NCBI GenBank assembly: GCA_034780895.1
Contig: JAUZTB010000017.1
Location: 12,875,342 to 12,939,341, forward strand
Length of the DNA stretch: 64,000 nucleotides
Reading direction: 5' to 3'
Origin: Rhynchobatus australiae
Lineage: Eukaryota
In this document: piece by piece, positions 48,391-60,700 of the stretch
Position numbering within the stretch: position 1 is the stretch's first letter
Layout: each line of letters starts with the position of its first letter
Position numbers and translations under genes: made by a program
The notes under the pieces: model-generated
What the model was told of the DNA's origin: nothing
Database searches by the model: none
The model's input: the letters and a program-made list of their open reading frames with translations, nothing else

Positions 48391-51300
48391 GAGGTTGAGG
48401 GGAGACTCTTAAGTGCGTCAAATGCTCTTTAAACCCGGAGAGGCGGAATCCGTCCGTACGGAATGGAGCGAAGCACCAGGCAATAAAACCTCGCCGACCA
48501 CTCACAGCTTCATCGTCCGGCAAGGAGCAGGTGTTTGGCCGAAACCCCAACTCGATTTGCCAAAGGTCCCTGTAAATAAACACTCGCTGCAAAAGCAGAA
48601 ACGAAACTTTTGCGCAGGCAAATTTGCAAGCGTGGATTCCTAATCTGCTCCTTGAATTTTCTCCAACTCACGTCGCAACGTTCTTTAAATTTACTCCGCA
48701 TCGCACAATATATAACAGTAACGCAGGATTAGAAGGGGGTTTAGAAATGATTCCTAAAACAACAAAATCTAAATCGCCATCGAATGAAAAGCGCGCAGTC
48801 TCCCTTAGTGTCGGCTCGCTCCTTGGTTTAGTTGCTGCCTCGCGTCCAGGGACCTTGTTCGGACTGAGTCCCTATATTTCTATTGGTCAGGTAGGGGAAT
48901 TATGCTATTAGATAATTATATCGACTCTGCGCAGTCTGTGTGGTTCCTGGGTGCTTTAATATCCCTTCCTCTTGCTGTGTGTTAATAGTTCGGGCTGCAT
49001 TAAGTAAATATTTTTTAAAAAGCCTCTGTGTATCACTCTCGATCATTGAAGGGAANNNNNNNNNNNNNNNNNNNNNNNNNNNNNNNNNNNNNNNNNNNNN
49101 NNNNNNNNNNNNNNNNNNNNNNNNNNNNNNNNNNNNNNNNNNNNNNNNNNNNNNNNNNNNNNNNNNNNNNNNNNNNNNNNNNNNNNNNNNNNNNNNNNNN
49201 NNNNNNNNNNNNNNNNNNNNNNNNNNNNNNNNNNNNNNNNNNNNNNNNNNNNNNNNNNNNNNNNNNNNNNNNNNNNNNNNNNNNNNNNNNNNNNNNNNNN
49301 NNNNNNNNNNNNNNNNNNNNNNNNNNNNNNNNNNNNNNNNNNNNNNNNNNNNNNNNNNNNNNNNNNNNNNNNNNNNNNNNNNNNNNNNNNNNNNNNNNNN
49401 NNNNNNNNNNNNNNNNNNNNNNNNNNNNNNNNNNNNNNNNNNNNNNNNNNNNNNNNNNNNNNNNNNNNNNNNNNNNNNNNNNNNNNNNNNNNNNNNNNNN
49501 NNNNNNNNNNNNNNNNNNNNNNNNNNNNNNNNNNNNNNNNNNNNNNNNNNNNNNNNNNNNNNNNNNNNNNNNNNNNNNNNNNNNNNNNNNNNNNNNNNNN
49601 NNNNNNNNNNNNNNNNNNNNNNNNNNNNNNNNNNNNNNNNNNNNNNNNNNNNNNNNNNNNNNNNNNNNNNNNNNNNNNNNNNNNNNNNNNNNNNNNNNNN
49701 NNNNNNNNNNNNNNNNNNNNNNNNNNNNNNNNNNNNNNNNNNNNNNNNNNNNNNNNNNNNNNNNNNNNNNNNNNNNNNNNNNNNNNNNNNNNNNNNNNNN
49801 NNNNNNNNNNNNNNNNNNNNNNNNNNNNNNNGTAGTGTGTTTTAAATTACTTAATATTTGTTGGTGATTCAGTTAATATTATCTTTCAATTTTATCTCAG
49901 TCAGAAAATATTTCTCTTATCTTAAGGTCAGACTTTCAGTTATTACTTAATGTTTAGTAAGAGTGACCGGGTCGACACATCAAAGACCGTTCTAGACCTG
50001 TGGTGGGGTTTGGTTTGAAGTTCCAGGGGACTATAAACCCACTAGTTTCCAAGCTAATCCTACAGCGAAGTTGCCATTGTCCAAATAAACAGCCGCAGCT
50101 TTAGAGTTTAGTTTGGTTTGAGCGCTGGTGAAATGATGTTTTATTTCATCCCAAACAACATGCATAAATTGTAGTGAATTATTCATGTATTCTGATTGAC
50201 CTCAGCCGTGGTTAGAATTGAAGTACAGTACTGATACCACGAACCTAAGTTGCTACCTAATTACTGCATGTTGTAATATGTTCAGAAATTGATTCAAATG
50301 GAGTAAGATGTAGATTCAGAAACAATACAAAGGCTGGTCTGATTATTATATAAGCTATTTGTGTCGATACTTCTCTCCCCATCAACCGGCAAGTGTCACA
50401 CTAGTTTACAGTGATGCACCAAGATCTTGAACAAATCTGAAAACAATACAAACCATAAAGGAAACATTGCCCGTATTACTTTAATGCATTTCACACTCAC
50501 GTTGTGAATTTATAAATAATAAAATTTAGATTTCGACTATCACCAACCAACAACTATGCATAATAATCAACACAATTAAGCAATGTGCAATTGTGTTTAT
50601 TAATAGCGGAGAGGGTGTTTATTAATATCGCCCTTTCTACAGGCCTGAGAATTTTCATTTATTCAAATGACCGTATCCCAGCAGAACTAGGTATAAAAGT
50701 GGTGCTAATCATTTTCATAAACAATCCAGTTCAAGTTTATCACATAATTACATCACCGAACCTTCCTCGCTGTAACGGAACTTCCTGTGAAATCAAGTGA
50801 TGACTTTACATGATTTTAATAGGATAAGAATATTAACTAGTCTTTTCGTCTCTCAGAAACAGCCGGACAGTNNNNNNNNNNNNNNNNNNNNNNNNNNNNN
50901 NNNNNNNNNNNNNNNNNNNNNNNNNNNNNNNNNNNNNNNNNNNNNNNNNNNNNNNNNNNNNNNNNNNNNNNNNNNNNNNNNNNNNNNNNNNNNNNNNNNN
51001 NNNNNNNNNNNNNNNNNNNNNNNNNNNNNNNNNNNNNNNNNNNNNNNNNNNNNNNNNNNNNNNNNNNNNNNNNNNNNNNNNNNNNNNNNNNNNNNNNNNN
51101 NNNNNNNNNNNNNNNNNNNNNNNNNNNNNNNNNNNNNNNNNNNNNNNNNNNNNNNNNNNNNNNNNNNNNNNNNNNNNNNNNNNNNNNNNNNNNNNNNNNN
51201 NNNNNNNNNNNNNNNNNNNNNNNNNNNNNNNNNNNNNNNNNNNNNNNNNNNNNNNNNNNNNNNNNNNNNNNNNNNNNNNNNNNNNNNNNNNNNNNNNNNN

Positions 51301-53269
51301 NNNNNNNNNNGTGGAGAGTCTCCATAATGGGACACTCGGATAGGTATGAAGACCCTGTTCAATCTCAGACGGAATATTCCCGGTTTATTATGAATTAAAG
51401 ACCACCAAATAGCCGAAAATCTATGATTATTTATTCTCTTCTAATTCATTCCCTCGCCTCTCGCTCCTCTACACCCCACCCCCCACGTCCCCACCTATCC
51501 CTCACCCACGTTCTTTTCTGCATTTTGGGTTGTTGATTAAATTCTATTTATGGTTAAGGTGAATCAGACCGAGTATTTGCAACATGATGTACTAACCGCG
51601 CCATTCTCTATTGCTTTACCAAATCTCTCAAGTGCTTGTATCTACGGAGAAAAGCCTTTGTTAAGTAGCCTTTTTTTAACAGTAGTTTTGTAAAGTTATT
51701 CAAAGCGATTGTGCAACCTCAGTAGTTATGTGGAGATATTAACAGCATTATTCAAAAATAATAGTCAGGGAAGTCAGTTAATGGGTATTCATAGTGACCT
51801 CAGTCAAGAATTAGATTGTTGTTCTCATAAATCACTAGTGCAACTTCATTTGAAGGCGCCGGTAGTATTTTATGTTCTTAATTCCTTCAAATTGCCATCA
51901 ACCTGGAACTACTGAAAAAGTAATCGTTGAGTAAATCAATCTTGTTTCCACCATGGGGAAAATAAGAGTTTTGCTCAACTTGCTTGGGAAAGATTGAAAT
52001 TGTACTTGGTCCAATTTATATCAGTTTCTTCAATGACCTTTACCGTTAAGCTCAATTCTTGTATAATAAGAAAGGTTATTAACAAAGTTAGCGTTAACGA
52101 TACAGAAATTAGTGGCTTTGGGGGTACAATTAAATGCTTATATATACCACTTAATGAAGAATACAAGCACTGAATAATGACAAACGGGTTGCAGTGTTCA
52201 ATGAAAAACGTTGTCAAGTACGTGTTTAATTCATGGAACCAAACCAGAGCCCTATCAAAATGCAACATGTGCTATGTTTTATGGGTTTGTGATGTGTCTT
52301 TGAACAGAATTGGAGCTTTAATCATAAATAGGAGCGCCGTGAACGTGCGGATTGCAAACCTCACCTGGCGTTGATCTCTTCGGCTCTTCAATATGCCAGT
52401 TTCAGTAACCAAATCAACTAATTCATTTTAATGATTTGTTTATTTTACATTATTTCAGTTTAGCTTATTGAATTGTTCACAATTAAATATTCACATATAA
52501 ACTGAAAGTATTTATAATTATAGCACAATTTTGTTCGCCCAATTAAAATATTTGCATATTAATGGTTAAGTCAGATCTGTGAGGCGCGCGCGCGCGGGCA
52601 CATAGATCACACACTTGCAAAATAATGGTCAGAGCTCTTATGTTTTTATGATTATAGGTATCTCGCCGGCTGCTCGATTGTCACCCATTTTGTCAGCCGT
52701 AAAATAACAGCAGTATCAAACCAAATTAATTTAGGAAAAATGATTATTTCAATCATAACCATAAAGTAAATATTCTTTTTCGCAAGATGTACAAGTTTAA
52801 TGTTCAGTTGGTTGGCTACATAAATTTTAAATCTGCAGATTCCTATTGATAGCACCTGACTGCAGATTCCTATTGATAAACTGGTACAAAAAACGAATTT
52901 ATTCTTATAATCTCGCAGAGCTATAGGGCTATTCTGAAATTTTTAAAAAATGTATAAGTAGGGGACTACAGAACCTCACCGTTTACTTCCCAAAAACTGC
53001 GAGTGAGTAGTGTCATCAATTGGATATATTAATTTTAAAATGGTGATTAAAATGAAGTCAAGAACCAGGTAGAGTTGCTTTGAGCCCCCATTTCTGCTGA
53101 CGGGAGTAGTGTTATTCCAAATGAGTTAAAGCCATCGTACCAGTTTGTTGAGCATAGTTATAGTGAAAAATAAGTGTTTGTATCTACCGAGCTACTTGCT
53201 ACTTTTTCTTTGCTGCGTAAGAAATTGGTTCGTGGCCAAGGAAACTGACTTTAATTCAAAGAAGCCTGT

Positions 53270-54075
53270 CACAGCACCATATATAGCACAGACAGAGGCC
53301 ATTCGGCTCAGTGTTTTTGTGCTGGTGGGAAAGGAGTTACCCAACCTAATCCCAGTTCCCCGAACCCTACGGATGACTGCTCCTCAATAATGCATTTTAA
53401 ATGTGACGAGTCCTTCTGCCTCTACCAGCCTCCCAGCCGGCGAGGTTCAGAACCCTTAGACCCTCTGGGTGGAAAATAAATTCCTCATCTCCCCTCTAAT
53501 CCTGCCACCAATTACTTTAAATCCATGTTCCTTGATTTTTGACCCATCTGTTAACAAAAATGGGTTCCTTCCATTTATTTGATCTAGGCCCCTGATTATA
53601 TTTGATCTAGTGCACCTCAATCCAATCTCCCAAAGCGTCGACCATTCCTTTGCCTCCGCACATTCTGCTTGATCCACTTTCGCTCCAGATTTCCAGCATC
53701 CGCAGTCTCTTGTGTCTCGGCCCCCTCTCCCTTCAGCTTCCTCTGCTCCAAAGAAANNNNNNNNNNNNNNNNNNNNNNNNNNNNNNNNNNNNNNNNNNNN
53801 NNNNNNNNNNNNNNNCATACATCTTCTCTTCACCTTCTTCAGTGCAATCAGATCTTCCTTGTAATGTGGTGACCCGAACCATCCGTAGGACTCTCGCTGT
53901 GGTCTAACCATTGTTGTCTACAATTCAAGTATAACCTCCTTGCTCCTATGTTCTAAGACTAGGCTAATTAAAAAGAAGCATCCCTTTTACTCTTTAAATC
54001 ATCTTATCGCCCTAACCCGCCACCTAAGAATCTATAGACAACGTCTCCAAGGTCCTTATGTTCCGCCACACCTCT
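53270..54075 (-). mobile_element. CR1-type LINE 3' fragment with a nested 94-bp insertion
   Basis: Minus translation MVRPQRESY...FGSPHYKEDLIALKKVKRR...IIRGLD...HGFKVIGGRIRGEMRNLFSTQRV is a CR1 ORF2 C-terminus. Antisense tail ACAGAGGCCATTCGGC at about 53293. Confidence 0.85.
53632..53725. mobile_element. Short Penelope-terminus-like insertion with a 6-bp TSD
   Basis: TCTCCC at 53626-53631 and 53726-53731 flanks AAAGCGTCGACCATTCCTTTGCCTCC...CCAGATTTCCAGCATCCGCAGTCTCTTGTGTCTC. Confidence 0.65.
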
Positions 54076-54594
54076 CTGGTAGAAAAGATTCACACCAAAT
54101 CCGGTTAACAACGCCGAAATGCAAGGAATAATCCCGACAACCAAATTATCCAAAAAAAAGTTTCATACATTGCGATTTTACTGCTTAAGACAATTCTTAG
54201 CAGTGAAAGTTATGCATTGCCACTGTTATCATTACAGGTTATCGTCTATTTATTTTTTGCATGTATCATTTAAACATTAAATTACGTTGCAGAGGAAATG
54301 ACTAATTTTATCAAATATTTTTCAGGCATAGAGATGTATCGCATTCACTGCTGCATTGATGTGTTAATGTGGTAAGGGAGTAGTTTTATTAATTATTATT
54401 GTCGAGGAAAAACACAATCCCAAACCACATTCTCATCTTAATGTCCATTAAATTATTGTGCGTGTCTTCAGTTTTAAAGTCACATATTTTCTATTGTGTC
54501 GAGGTAATGTGTTTTTCAGTCTGAAGTTAAAATAACTGAAGTGCTTTTATATCTACAGTGCTTGATAGCTTCTCTGCTAATATATTTGTGCAGA

Positions 54595-54608
54595 CTGCCA
54601 CCTAGTGG
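54595..54608 (-). promoter_or_regulatory. CTCF binding site
   Basis: Minus strand CCACTAGGTGGCAG matches the canonical CTCF core CCACYAGRKGGCRS, set in AT-rich flanks. Confidence 0.7.
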
Positions 54609-55249
54609 TTTATTATTTTAGATCCCGCCAACAATGATCAGTCAACATATACTTGATCAAATCACTGTCGCACAAAAAATAGTACTAAAATAAAATAAAA
54701 TGACTTTTATGTTAAAATATACTGATGCACCCAGCATGTGTTCACATATTTATCATGTCATTCACAATGTAATTCCATATCATTCCGGAAGTCCTGTATC
54801 TTTCGTGAGCAGGCTATATGTATAGTAGTAGTCAAGACTATAAAGCAAAAGTGCATTTTATTTCTTTTAGTCAACTGTGATTGTGGAAGATTCATGAATC
54901 CATTTGGAAAAAAAATCGCCGATTTCTTTATCCCTTATATCTGTCACTCGCTCTTCAAAATACAGTCACACATCGCGGGTGTTATTCGGTTGTCTTTCTT
55001 TGGAACCCTGGATAGTTGAAATTCCTCTTCATTTTGCGACCTCGGTGTAAATAATTACTTGATCGTCTTCCTCAGTTTTATCGTGCTTTGTGTTTCACTG
55101 ATAAGATAGAAGTTTGTGCTGAGACTACCAAATCAATTTTTATATTGAAAGAATGCAATGGAGGTATTTGGAAAGATCAGGAAAACTTCAAGATTCGTTA
55201 CGAGCAAACAACCAAACCGCGTGTTCACTCAATGATTTTTTTTTAATGT

Positions 55250-55375
55250 ATACCTGAAATAAAACCAGACAATGCCGGAAACACCCTGCAGGTCAGGCAG
55301 AATCTGTGGACGGGAAACAGTTAACATTTCAGGTTGAAGACACCCATTGAGTGTCATGAGCATTTTCTGTTTTAG
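55250..55375. mobile_element. Degenerate member of the same short repeat family
   Basis: AATGCCGGAAACACCCTGCAGGTCAGGCAGAATCTGTGGA...TTAACATTTCAGGT...AGCATTTTCTGTTTT. Confidence 0.5.
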
Positions 55376-57709
55376 TTAACTATTCGTTTAAACTGGTTTT
55401 GTATTGTATAAGGATTCAGATTAATTTATCTACCAAATATTTCGGTGCGTATTTTAATAATTCTTCAAGGGTAGAATTAATGTTTCGCTTCGTAAAACAA
55501 AACAAAATGATGCCTTTATGTGTGCCAATAGTTCAGTTCCTTATCGACAGGAACAATCAACAGGTGCTGCTTACGAAAACACAGTGGTTGCCCGATTACG
55601 TGTCTGACTACATTTCATTACCACAACCTGCCAAATGCTACAGAACTCTTCAACATACACGTTGCACTTAATTTAATTCATTTGGCGATGTAAACGTTTG
55701 TCACATCAGCCAGGGAAACTAAAGTTTGTTCTGGACTCTTGCATTCTAATCCAAAGCGTTGGTGAAATATTTTCCAACCTGCAATGCTCTGATTTTTTTG
55801 AATGTTGATGATACCCTTTTTTTGGTTAACCCAGTAGCCATGGCTTCATAATGGTTTCAAAGAAAGTATTGGTGGCGAAAACAGCATGAAAAAGCGTACA
55901 GTTTCAGTGCACGTGGCTATCCAATGTGATCTTAACTACTGGGACTCTGCATGTATCTGTGTGCGCTGGGATTGGTATAAAATTAACTTACTTTCACCAT
56001 ATCCAACCTGCGCAACGCTTTGCTGGAAAGTCGGTTAATATATAAAAAAAAGAGGTGGCTTTGCAATGCCAAATTATGAGCGTAATGTGCAACAACCGGG
56101 TGATATGGTGTCCGTTTCACCACATAATTAAATCCAGCAAAGTGAGGAGCGGAAAGCAGTGCCGCAAAATGCTTCCAATTATAGCACTTCGAAACAGTTT
56201 CACACAGCTTTCACTGCAAGCTTCCCAATTCCCAAGGCATGTCCGTGAGAAGGCAAGGATAGTCATGCGTAGAATGGCCAGGTCTTTTTAGCAGAGCGAT
56301 CAGTGTGCATATTTTAAAATCATTATTAGTTTGCACGGTTCTCCAGAAGACTGGGAGATTACGTAAGTAACCACTTTAACTGACAGTGCAGCGCAAAAAT
56401 GCTGCAAAGATCCGCGTGGCTGCGTCTAGGTTGAATTAAACATGACATATTGTTAACCAAACTTACGTTGTTCAGGACGTGTACAACGCGGCGCTGACAA
56501 GGGGCGAATATCTCCTGTCTTTCTGACGCCCTTTCAACTAAATACCTGCACGACTGACTATAGCTAGAGCAAGACATTAAACGTAATTAGAAATGGCGCT
56601 TTAATAAAACAGGACACTCGTCGGTATCCAACAATATTGACAGCGTAATTATGTTTTAGAAACACTGTNNNNNNGAAGGATTTTTTCTGTCAGAGCCAGT
56701 ATTATCTAGCATTATTGCTCACCTCTCCCTCTCTGCATTTTGTATCGAGAGAACCTACTTGGAAAAGTTTGTTTGATCTTATTTGCACCTTAATCGTACG
56801 ATGTGATAATTTGGGAACTCAGCCTAATGCGGAGGTGGGACTTTGATCTCCTGCGAATTTTAACCAGTCTGTCCCTTCTTGTACAACCCTTTATCTATCA
56901 TACCTTGCTGGAGAAATTCTCAGGTTTACTTCCCAAGCAGAATCCCGATTTGCTTTTAGTTAATGTTTTTTTTAAAATTGCTCCTCCAGTACTCAACAAG
57001 CAGAACTGAGCGAAGAGCGACTGCATATCAGTCCCGCCAACGCGTGAAGGAGCGACGATACGTGTTCACCATAAACAACCTGTTCGCAGAGCTAGAGAGC
57101 AGAGTTAATACCAACATTCTCCCCGCCTTTAACATGTCGGTGCGTTTCTCGAGGTTTTAAAATACTGTCCAACAGCTTAAGTATTCAGAAACTCTTCCCG
57201 AAGCGGGCATAGAAACTAATGCGGCAAATATGGTTTAACTATGGACCCAGCACCAAACAGCCCCACTGCTTGCAGCCAATCGGCTAATCTCGACAAAATG
57301 AGCCAACATGCCTGATGATTAGTCAAAAGAAATAGTCTCCTGGAGGAGATTAATTATTCCAAGTTGGCCAGATCTCCTTTGAATAGTTATTGCAACATCC
57401 TGTGGCCAGAAATCAAATTTGATATTTTAACTAAAGATTATTGGATTATCCAGTATTGTCTTGAATATTGCTTTCGTTGGAAAGAGTTTCCAATTAGCCC
57501 GCTATTAAAAGCACGGAATCCATGGCGTTATCTCCTCATACAAGGCTGAGTGCAATAATCGCTAAAAAAAAACCCAAACCTTCATGCACTCATCAACCTC
57601 CGTATCAGTTTAGTAATATGGAGGTCCGACTTAAATAATCAAATTACGTGGCTCCACGACAGTGAGGTGAAAATACATCTCAGTTCTTTCGAAGTAACCT
57701 ATGTTTAAC

Positions 57710-57770
57710 TAACGTCTTTCATGACTTTAGGATGTCCCAAAGCACTTCACAGCCAATTAAATATTTTACT
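57710..57770 (-). mobile_element. Deu-SINE 3' tail fragment
   Basis: CGTCTTTCATGACTTTAGGATGTCCCAAAGCACTTCACAGCCAATT is antisense to the recalled Deu-SINE tail. Confidence 0.45.
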
Positions 57771-60700
57771 AATCTGGTAAATAGGGCAGGAAACCCTATT
57801 CTTTCAGTTTAATCCATACTATTTCCACTCTTTACATCGACTATTGTTTAATTTCTGATTATTATGGTCATACCAAGAGGAGCATTCTTGTAGCTGTAGG
57901 CTACTGAGTTAGTGGAACTGTTTCATCCAGTACAGATGATCAATGTCTCTTTCTATCGACGTTATTTGGTTTCCCTCCCCCCACGTAGCTGGTGAAAGGT
58001 GTCCACAAATCATTTTGGGGATCCTGAAAGTAACCTTTCCTGGGATGCCCTGGGGTTCACATACCATTTCCCATGGATTTATGGCATCCTAGCCTACAAT
58101 ATTCCGACTGCTTTCCGAGCATGACATTTGGACGTTGGTGGAGATAGACTGAAATATTAACACAATGGAAACTGTATCACCTTCAAAGTAGAATTCCAGG
58201 ATTATCTGTTTGAATAAATAAAACCACGGAATTTATCATTTGCACCTATCTTCAATGAAAAGTTTCTTTCAACATTGGTTTTCCTTAATAAAAATCTATG
58301 AGAGGCATTTTTAACCTAGTAGGACATGTTTATTACTTGAAATACCATGGTATCTATATATCTTCCAAGCGCACCAATAGCTTACCCGTCCCCTTCCAGT
58401 CTTGCCATGTGATAAAGGCACGGTTGAGCTTGCCCCCCGATCAGTTTTGACTGGAATCATCTAACCACCCTACAGATATTAATAAGCACTTTATTTCGAT
58501 CTTATGGAGAACTGCCCTAGTTATACCTCAGATATCATTAAACCAATTCGCCACCAGCAGAGTAAACAACAATTTCAATTGCAGTAAATCGTCATCATGA
58601 ATATGGTGACACCTGCGGATATTATTTAGGACACAGTGTTCATGGCGTAATGCTTTTGCTCCCTCGGCCAGAAAAGTGCGTCAAATTGTTTATAACAGGA
58701 CATGTTCTAATTCTATGGCCTGTTTATGAAGTAATTCAAACTAAAATCCATAATGATCACGTCTCTTAGAACGATAAGTCTGTTAGGAAATAAAGTTTGT
58801 TTCAGTAATTGAAAATGAAAGATTCCTTCTCTCATCTAGACATTCTCACTTTAAAGCAGCAATTGCCTTCATGGCTTTTAATATGGTTACTTGGAACATT
58901 TTTCAACTTAAGATACTTGAATGGTAACAATAAATAGAGGCCTTGAAGTGGTACCTGGTGTAGATCAGAGGCCTTCAAAGCTCTCTATGATGTGAGGCTG
59001 AAAACGATTCTGTTGTGTGGTTGGTGCAGTCCCTGGATTTACACTTACAGATCAGGCCAATTCTTTTGTCAAATGAAACTCTTGGACTAGAAGAAATATA
59101 GTTACACGCAATGTACATCCAATGCTTAGTTGAGTGCCGGACTAAATATACCTTTTTCATTTCCCCACTAGTTTCTTAATAATAATAATCAGCATTAAAC
59201 TAATAGTCCATGGAATTAATTGTAAGAGCAACCCGACAGGAACTGAGCGCAGAAGAGTACAATGTAGCTAATTTTCAAATGAGAGCTAGTAAATGACTGA
59301 ATAACTTTTCATAGAACACTTCGTGGGCAAAGTGTATTTGAAAATATAACTATTCGACCAAATGAAACAAGAAATCATTTGTTCCTTCCGCAGTAGTTAT
59401 TCAGAATGGACAAGTTAAGTTGTGGGTGCGTGTGATCTCTGCACGAAAGAATTTTGCATATGATTGTCAGTCATCTATGCACAACGTGACAAATCTCTAA
59501 TGTTGTTGGTGTGCCTGATTATCGGTGTGTGATTAAATAAAAATGGTACATGAAGTTTGTGTGTGTACGTTTATAGAGCAGTGTTCCTGTAGGTAAGGAG
59601 CAGTGTGCATTTGTATCATCGTGCGTTTATATATTTGTGTGACATTCAATGTAAGTTTTCCCTCCTATGAGGAGACAGCTGTATCCAAGTTGTTGAAACC
59701 TCTCTGGGTGGCAATGAAGGTAGATTTAATCAGTCACATCCTTTCAGAGATTTTAAAAGGATTATTGTAGTCTTGATTTTGTATGAAACTGTGGTCACAA
59801 ATGGTTAATTAATAAGCCCTGTTTCCGCCTGTTTTAGTGTGAACAATAACCTGAAAAGGTGCGGCTTGCATTACTTTGTAAAATGTTACGCGCTTCATGT
59901 CCTTTAATTAACACTCTTTATGCCTAACGATTGACATTGAAACACATACAATTTATTATGGAAACAAATATCAATCAATCTCAGCACCACTAGCGAGGAG
60001 ATGAGTAAGTTTACATCAATGATTCAAAACCTCCAGATAGTTATACAGCATTTGATATTGGTTAGTTATGTATTGTTCAATATTAACTGCAGAGTACAAA
60101 CTGCAGTGTGAGCAACTCTGCATCCTAAGTGATATAGAAATAATCCAGTATCTGATGGAGAGATTGAATATTGGAAAGACGAGAATAAGAAGTGTTAACG
60201 TCTCCCGCCAAAACCAGTACAGTCCCGAACTTTGGATGAATGAGTGGCATATAAGGCTAGTGAAACTGATGTCCACCAACCCGGTCAATTTCATTCCAAC
60301 CCTTGGTCATTTCAATCAGGCCGCCGCCAGTGTCTGCACCTGTCAACGTTACAAGAAAACCTGCAAACTATTTCATGATGAAATGACGAGAGGATAGTTT
60401 GCAGTGAAGGCATTCACGCGAGCCAATGTCTGTAGCAATTAAAACGATAGTTTCAAATGCACATTTATCCGAGGAGTTAACCTTCCAGGTTTCGGAATTC
60501 TGCTAATTTGGCAGCTGGAAGGATAGTTCTCCCAGGCTGCACTAACAACACTTCTCAAGTCTGAAAAGGAATGTTGCCCGGTAAAATAACGAACTGCTTG
60601 ATTCGCAGCTAATGACGGCGATTCATCTAACGTTGCTTTCCACGATTAACATCCATATTGCATTCCACGCTATGTTATTACATGGAACAATAACCATAGA

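Noticed and set aside
52833-52878. 19-bp direct repeat CTGCAGATTCCTATTGATA (similar 16-bp pair at 27024/27064)
   Set aside because: Two copies only, typical of slippage micro-duplication. Not an array and nothing CRISPR-like in this vertebrate DNA.
59980-60000. REST/RE1-like TCAGCACCAC (also TTCAGCACC at about 29072)
   Set aside because: Only the left half-site is present; the GGACAG half is missing.
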